From Deferribacterales bacterium (lineage in GTDB: Bacteria > Chrysiogenota > Deferribacteres > Deferribacterales > Geovibrionaceae): DNA of 64,000 bases. Below the pieces are notes generated by a model. The model did not search any database, was not told where the DNA came from, and was given only the letters and a program-made list of their open reading frames with translations. Made by a program: the position numbers and the translations under genes. Location: positions 250,456-314,455 of the forward strand of contig JBFWMA010000001.1 of NCBI GenBank assembly GCA_050251875.1. Direction: 5' to 3'. Shown here one piece after another: positions 59,560-64,000 of the stretch. Position 1 is the first letter of the stretch. Every line of letters begins with the position of its first letter.

Positions 59560-61452
59560 ATGACAATAGCTGAAAAGAATTATGAATCGTTAAAGACGCA
59601 CTACCCGGCAATATATGCCAGACTCATGGCTCTGCCGAAGGAATCAGACTATCAGATCATCAATTCTGCCGTTAGGGGAGCCGCGCCTAACTTAAGAAAC
59701 AAAAAGACGGGCCTGCTTTTCTATGACGAGATCAATCCTTATGTCGGCGCGGAGAAAGATGTTGTAGCCAGAAATATAAAGGTTACCGGATTCAATATCT
59801 TTCTGGGCGCTGGTCTGATGTATCAGGTTTTCGCCTTTTTTAAAAAATATAAGGTGGAAGGCGGCGGACATATAGTTATAGAGAGAAATCCGGCGGTATT
59901 CGCCGCTGCCATGCAGACCATAGACATGAGCCAGATGTTCGGCAACAAGCTGCTGCGGTTCATTGTGGGCGAGGATATAAAGGGAGTTTTCGCGGAGATC
60001 AACAGTGTGCTCCAGCGCACAGACGCGAAATTCTATGTGAAGGCCGTTAATATTATTGAGCACCCAGTATCTTTTTCTGAGGATAAGGAATACTACATGC
60101 ACTGCATGGGCGCTCTGAAAGAGGCTGTCAAAGAAGCGCTGATGTTTTACGGCAACGACCCGAAAGACTCCATGATAGGTATAGAGAATACTTTTCTTAA
60201 TATAGAGGAGATAATAGAAAACCCCGGTATAAAAGACCTGAAGGACGCTTTCAAAGGCAAGCCGGGGGTGGTTATAGCCACCGGACCTTCTCTGAACAAG
60301 AACGTGGAGCTCTTAAGAGGAATAGGGAACAAGGCCGTGCTGGTGGGGGCGGACGCTTCTCTGCGCGTTCTCAGAAAGAGAGGGCTGAAACCGCATATGG
60401 TGGCATCTCTGGAACGTCTTATACCGACGGCGAAACTTTTCGAAAATATGTCGCCGGAGGATTTCGAGGACGTGTATTATTCCGCGACACCTGTTATTCA
60501 TCCGCAGACATACGCCAACTATCTGGGTAAACGGATAATAGTGTATAGAAATTTTGCCACTTTCAAATGGCTGGATATAGAAAGGGGTATTCTGGATATC
60601 GGTCCTTCATCCGGTAACATGGCTTTCAAACTGCTGGAATATATGGGATGCGACCCGATAATCCTCATCGGACAGGATCTGGCATACGGCGAGGAGGGCA
60701 ACACCCACGCCACAGGCAGTACCTATGGCGAGAAGGAAAAGGGACAGCATTTCGACGAAAGCAACACTGTGATGGTGGAAGGCAACTATGCCCCGAAGGT
60801 TAAAACCACTAAGGTATGGAACACCTTCCTGAATTTTTATCATAAGGACGCTATGAACTCCCCTGCCAAAGTGATTAACGCCACTGAGGGCGGAGCTAAG
60901 ATTTTCAATACGGAGATCATGACATTTCAGGAAGCGATAGATAAATATATTAATGACGACATCGACACTCTCAAGGTAATCAGCGAAAAACTGAATATGC
61001 CCACAGATGACGAGAAGAAATCATGCAGGATATCCGTTCTGGAAAAAGTAAAAGAAGGGATAGATATTTCCCTTAAAGCGATACAGGTCTTCGATGAGTC
61101 ATACAGGCTTTGTGATGAGTTCTTTGACCAGATATGGGCGGATTTCAAGGCCGGCAAGCCCTATGACGAAAAGAGAGCTGAAATTATCATGCGCAAGGTG
61201 GACGACAACTGCCTGATATTCCGTGATCCGATTTTCTTTAATGTTATCATGCACTATGTGCAGTCATACTTCATCAGATGCATGATAGAGATAAACGCCG
61301 TCAGAAACGAGCGCATACCCGTTCACGAAGGACATTTTAAGATAATGGATATTCTGAAGGATATGTTCGCAGTGATGATACATCTTATCAGAAAGATGGA
61401 GTATCTGCTGAAACAGCTCGAGCGGAGGCTTGAAGCCGATCTCGCAAAATAA
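59560..61452 (+). CDS. motility-associated factor (Maf/DUF115) flagellin glycosyltransferase
   Basis: IATGPSLNKN, KPHMVASLER, GCDPIILIGQDLAY, VINATEGGAKI; divergent from the flagellins. Confidence 0.9.
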   Translation: MTIAEKNYESLKTHYPAIYARLMALPKESDYQIINSAVRGAAPNLRNKKTGLLFYDEINPYVGAEKDVVARNIKVTGFNIFLGAGLMYQVFAFFKKYKVEGGGHIVIERNPAVFAAAMQTIDMSQMFGNKLLRFIVGEDIKGVFAEINSVLQRTDAKFYVKAVNIIEHPVSFSEDKEYYMHCMGALKEAVKEALMFYGNDPKDSMIGIENTFLNIEEIIENPGIKDLKDAFKGKPGVVIATGPSLNKNVELLRGIGNKAVLVGADASLRVLRKRGLKPHMVASLERLIPTAKLFENMSPEDFEDVYYSATPVIHPQTYANYLGKRIIVYRNFATFKWLDIERGILDIGPSSGNMAFKLLEYMGCDPIILIGQDLAYGEEGNTHATGSTYGEKEKGQHFDESNTVMVEGNYAPKVKTTKVWNTFLNFYHKDAMNSPAKVINATEGGAKIFNTEIMTFQEAIDKYINDDIDTLKVISEKLNMPTDDEKKSCRISVLEKVKEGIDISLKAIQVFDESYRLCDEFFDQIWADFKAGKPYDEKRAEIIMRKVDDNCLIFRDPIFFNVIMHYVQSYFIRCMIEINAVRNERIPVHEGHFKIMDILKDMFAVMIHLIRKMEYLLKQLERRLEADLAK

Positions 61453-61460
61453 ATAACTCA

Positions 61461-61590
61461 AACGGCAGGATGCCGTTCGTGGAGCTTGTGAAAACAGCTT
61501 TGCTGATTTGAATAAGCGTAACGTGAGCGCAGTGAGGATTTATTCCGAACGTAGCGTTATCGCAAAAAGTTCAGGAAGAACTTTTTGTGC
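61461..61590 (+). other. structured intergenic element with GGA-loop hairpins (sRNA or dispersed repeat candidate)
   Basis: AACGGC-AGGAT-GCCGTT and CAAAAAGTTC-AGGAA-GAACTTTTTG hairpins, with two further GGA motifs between them. Confidence 0.5.
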
Positions 61591-62774
61591 TAAATTGTAA
61601 TGATCTTATCATTACAACCTGTAATGCACTCTCCGCCGTCAGGTGTGACTACATAGGTGTTTTCCAATCCGACCAGACCTGTGCCGGGGATACCTCTTTT
61701 CGGTTCCACAGCCATAACCATATTCTCCTCGAAAGGCAGATCGAATCCTTTCGCAATGACAGGATATTCGTCTATCACAAGCCCGATGCCGTGACCGAGG
61801 AATTTCACCCGTTCGTCCAGCGAGCCCATGAAAAATTCGAGAAAGCTGTCGTCCAGATCAGCCATGACAGTTTCGTATACCTGAGACGGGACGTTGCCAG
61901 GTTTCAGAAGCGACACTGTTTTCTGAAGTATTTTTACGCATTTTTCGTGATATTCATATGCTATGTCCGGCAGTGTGCCGAAGGCGTATACCTGTGTCTT
62001 ATCTGTGTGATATCCGTCTATTCCGCATCCGATATCGATGAAGATGAGGTCGTTTTTTTTCAGCTTTCTGTCGGCGCTGCCGAAGAACGGCGCCGCCGGG
62101 CTGATGCCCATGACTCCGCCGGGACCATCGAATGTGTTGTAATACATGGAATTTTCGCCGAAGCATACCTGTCCCATGAACATCTCGGTGTTGAACATGG
62201 CGAGCCTGGCTATGCCGTGGTGTCCCTCATCCAGCATATATTTGAGAATCTCCGCTCCCAGCTCTTTCTCGCTCATCCCTTCTTTGATTACAGATGGTAC
62301 GAACTCCTGAAGTGTTTTGCCGTGGAGCATGCCCGCTCTGCGCATCAGCCCCAGCTCATACTGGGTTTTGACTGCTCTGGCGGCGGAGATGGGTAGATCG
62401 CATGAGGCGACCTCTTTGAAATCAAAATATTTATTAAGCCTTTCGAAATAGGAGAGGGGAATGAACTCCTTCTCCATATGCACACATCCGCCCAGTTGTC
62501 CTGTCACGGCGGCTATGTCTCTGAAGCTGTTTATTTTTACGATGTTGTCGAAGGATGATTCGTGCTGGGCTCTGTAAAAGCTCCTGCGGACGAAAAATAC
62601 CGCATCCTTTCCTCTGCGGATGACAAGAACGCCCGACTGCTGGGTGCCTGTGAAATAATAGATGTTGATCTTGCTCACTATCATCACGGTTTCCCAGTCG
62701 GGACACATGGCGTCCATTCTCAGAAGAAAGTTGTTCAGACGCGCGCTAAGCTCGCCCGAGGGTATTTTGCTCAA
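61590..62774 (-). CDS. M24-family Xaa-Pro peptidase
   Basis: Creatinase-like N-terminus, [27 protein letters not shown]. Confidence 0.9.
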   Translation of the reverse strand: MSKIPSGELSARLNNFLLRMDAMCPDWETVMIVSKINIYYFTGTQQSGVLVIRRGKDAVFFVRRSFYRAQHESSFDNIVKINSFRDIAAVTGQLGGCVHMEKEFIPLSYFERLNKYFDFKEVASCDLPISAARAVKTQYELGLMRRAGMLHGKTLQEFVPSVIKEGMSEKELGAEILKYMLDEGHHGIARLAMFNTEMFMGQVCFGENSMYYNTFDGPGGVMGISPAAPFFGSADRKLKKNDLIFIDIGCGIDGYHTDKTQVYAFGTLPDIAYEYHEKCVKILQKTVSLLKPGNVPSQVYETVMADLDDSFLEFFMGSLDERVKFLGHGIGLVIDEYPVIAKGFDLPFEENMVMAVEPKRGIPGTGLVGLENTYVVTPDGGECITGCNDKIITI

Positions 62775-63748
62775 ATCAGTTCCTCCAGAGATATCTTTTT
62801 GGTAGCGAGCAGGTTTCTCATTTTGCTCAGCACTCTTTTTTCTATCTGGCGCACACGCTCACGGGTGATGCCCAGATCGTTTCCGATGGCTTCCAGCGTT
62901 TCCGGATCGTTGCCCGCCAGACCATATCTGCGGATGATGATCGTCTTTTCGTTGTCTGACAGATATGTCAGCCATTTGAAGATGATGTCCTTCTTGCTGG
63001 AGTTCTCTATTCTCATGTAAGGATCGGAGTATTTTTCATCGTCTGTGATGAACTCGTGCAGGGTGCTGCTCTCGTCACTGCCCACCGGCATGTCCAGAGA
63101 CGTGTCCTGTTTGATGGCGTCAAAGACTTTTTTCAGTGTGGAGAGAGACATCTTGCACTGTGTGGAGAGCTCGTGGATGGTGGGTTCTCTCCCGAACTGC
63201 TGTTGCAGGTCTGTCTGGGCTCTCATCACTTTGCTGATGTTTTCGGACATATGCACGGGGATGCGCACCATGCGGCACTGGTTGATGATGGCTCTTTCTA
63301 TCGCCTGACGTATCCACCATGTGGCGTATGTGCTGAATTTGAATCCTTTTGTATAGTCAAATTTCTCAACAGCCTTGAGCAGACCGATATTACCCTCTTC
63401 CACGAGGTCAACCAGGTTCATGCCTCTGTTGATGTATTTTTTCGCTATGGAAACGACCAGACGCAGGTTGCATTTGATCATGGTCTCTTTTGATTTGGCG
63501 CATCCTTTCTCTATCCCCTGGGAAAGCTCGGCCTCCTCCTCTCTGGTGAGGACGGGATATTTGGATATCTCATTGAGATAAATCTTAAAAACTTCCAGAT
63601 CATCTGACGAATAGTCTACCTTAACGTCTATCTCTACCTCGACTTCGACCTCTGCTTCCGCTTCGACATCTATATCAATGTCGCTTTCGTCCACAGGTCC
63701 GTCAAAGTCGTCTTCCGACTTTTCTTCGAGAATTTCACCTTCGTTCAT
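62771..63748 (-). CDS. rpoS: sigma-70 family group 2 factor (RpoS-like)
   Basis: [44 protein letters not shown]; lacks region 1.1; start placed at MNEGEI after GGGGG. Confidence 0.7.
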   Translation of the reverse strand: MNEGEILEEKSEDDFDGPVDESDIDIDVEAEAEVEVEVEIDVKVDYSSDDLEVFKIYLNEISKYPVLTREEEAELSQGIEKGCAKSKETMIKCNLRLVVSIAKKYINRGMNLVDLVEEGNIGLLKAVEKFDYTKGFKFSTYATWWIRQAIERAIINQCRMVRIPVHMSENISKVMRAQTDLQQQFGREPTIHELSTQCKMSLSTLKKVFDAIKQDTSLDMPVGSDESSTLHEFITDDEKYSDPYMRIENSSKKDIIFKWLTYLSDNEKTIIIRRYGLAGNDPETLEAIGNDLGITRERVRQIEKRVLSKMRNLLATKKISLEELI

Positions 63749-63898
63749 ATAAGCCCCCGTATGACTTGTATTTGACTGCGGCCGCGCAATCCCGACACAG
63801 TGATGCTGCAACTGTATTGTTTAAACACAGTATATAAAGATATTAATTTTTGAATAAAGGATTTCGGGACGAGAGCAGCCGGCGTGATGTTTGGTTCA

Positions 63899-64000
63899 TC
63901 ATCGAAGTAATGGTTTAATGTAGCCATACTCCTTCGCCTCCTGCTGAAAGATTTCAGCCGAATGTTCACAGAATATTGATAATTCTGCGTGCACCTGGAA
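63899..64000 (-). CDS. possible 3' end of a gene entering from the right edge
   Basis: Open frame FQVHAELSIFCEHSAEIFQQEAKEYGYIKPLLR* from 64000 to the TGA at 63899; unidentifiable. Confidence 0.35.
   Translation of the reverse strand, partial: FQVHAELSIFCEHSAEIFQQEAKEYGYIKPLLR

Noticed and set aside
63745..63969. 74-aa ORF upstream of the RpoS-like gene
   Set aside because: Overlaps the probable end of the edge gene and the promoter region; no motif.
1..64000. tRNA/rRNA, CRISPR arrays, transposases, integrases, selenocysteine read-through
   Set aside because: None recognised by eye; a tRNAscan/Infernal/ISEScan run would be needed to exclude small elements.

Overview
Gene-dense bacterial chromosomal window. 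The gene mix (very long Ser/Thr-rich flagellins with a Maf glycosyltransferase, c-type haem sensors, QueH, PhoX) is suggestive of a Deferribacterota-like anaerobe; this is inference only. Left to right: an AT-rich surface-polysaccharide locus (gmd/rmd, glycosyltransferases, rfbA-lhgO-like-rfbC-SDR-rfbD), then a glf/ugd/uxs operon; an MCP with a Cys-rich insert; housekeeping genes (queH, DJ-1, CNNM/CBS, PPIase, tpx, rsgA, nikR); a five-gene ECF sigma / CBM48-type anti-sigma cassette; SLC13-cysD-cysNC; Fur-boxed flavodoxin; phoX plus a two-CxxCH partner; FecR-OmpA(frameshifted)-CHASE2/HD-GYP; kup, two-component genes, mscS, ilvA, an M1-peptidase/ChaN/PDZ fusion, ygiQ and an acyl-CoA ligase; a DnaA-box cluster; two near-identical flagellins flanking flaG; maf, an M24 peptidase and an RpoS-like sigma factor. 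No rRNA, tRNA, CRISPR array or transposase was seen. Strongest novel signal: both flagellin 5' leaders, downstream of sigma-28 promoters, carry the same RNA switch (an invariant bulged hairpin overlapping an intrinsic terminator with a compensatory base change), followed by CsrA-type GGA hairpins. This points to a transcription-attenuation system for flagellin that I do not recognise. All calls come from reading the sequence by eye; no searches were run.
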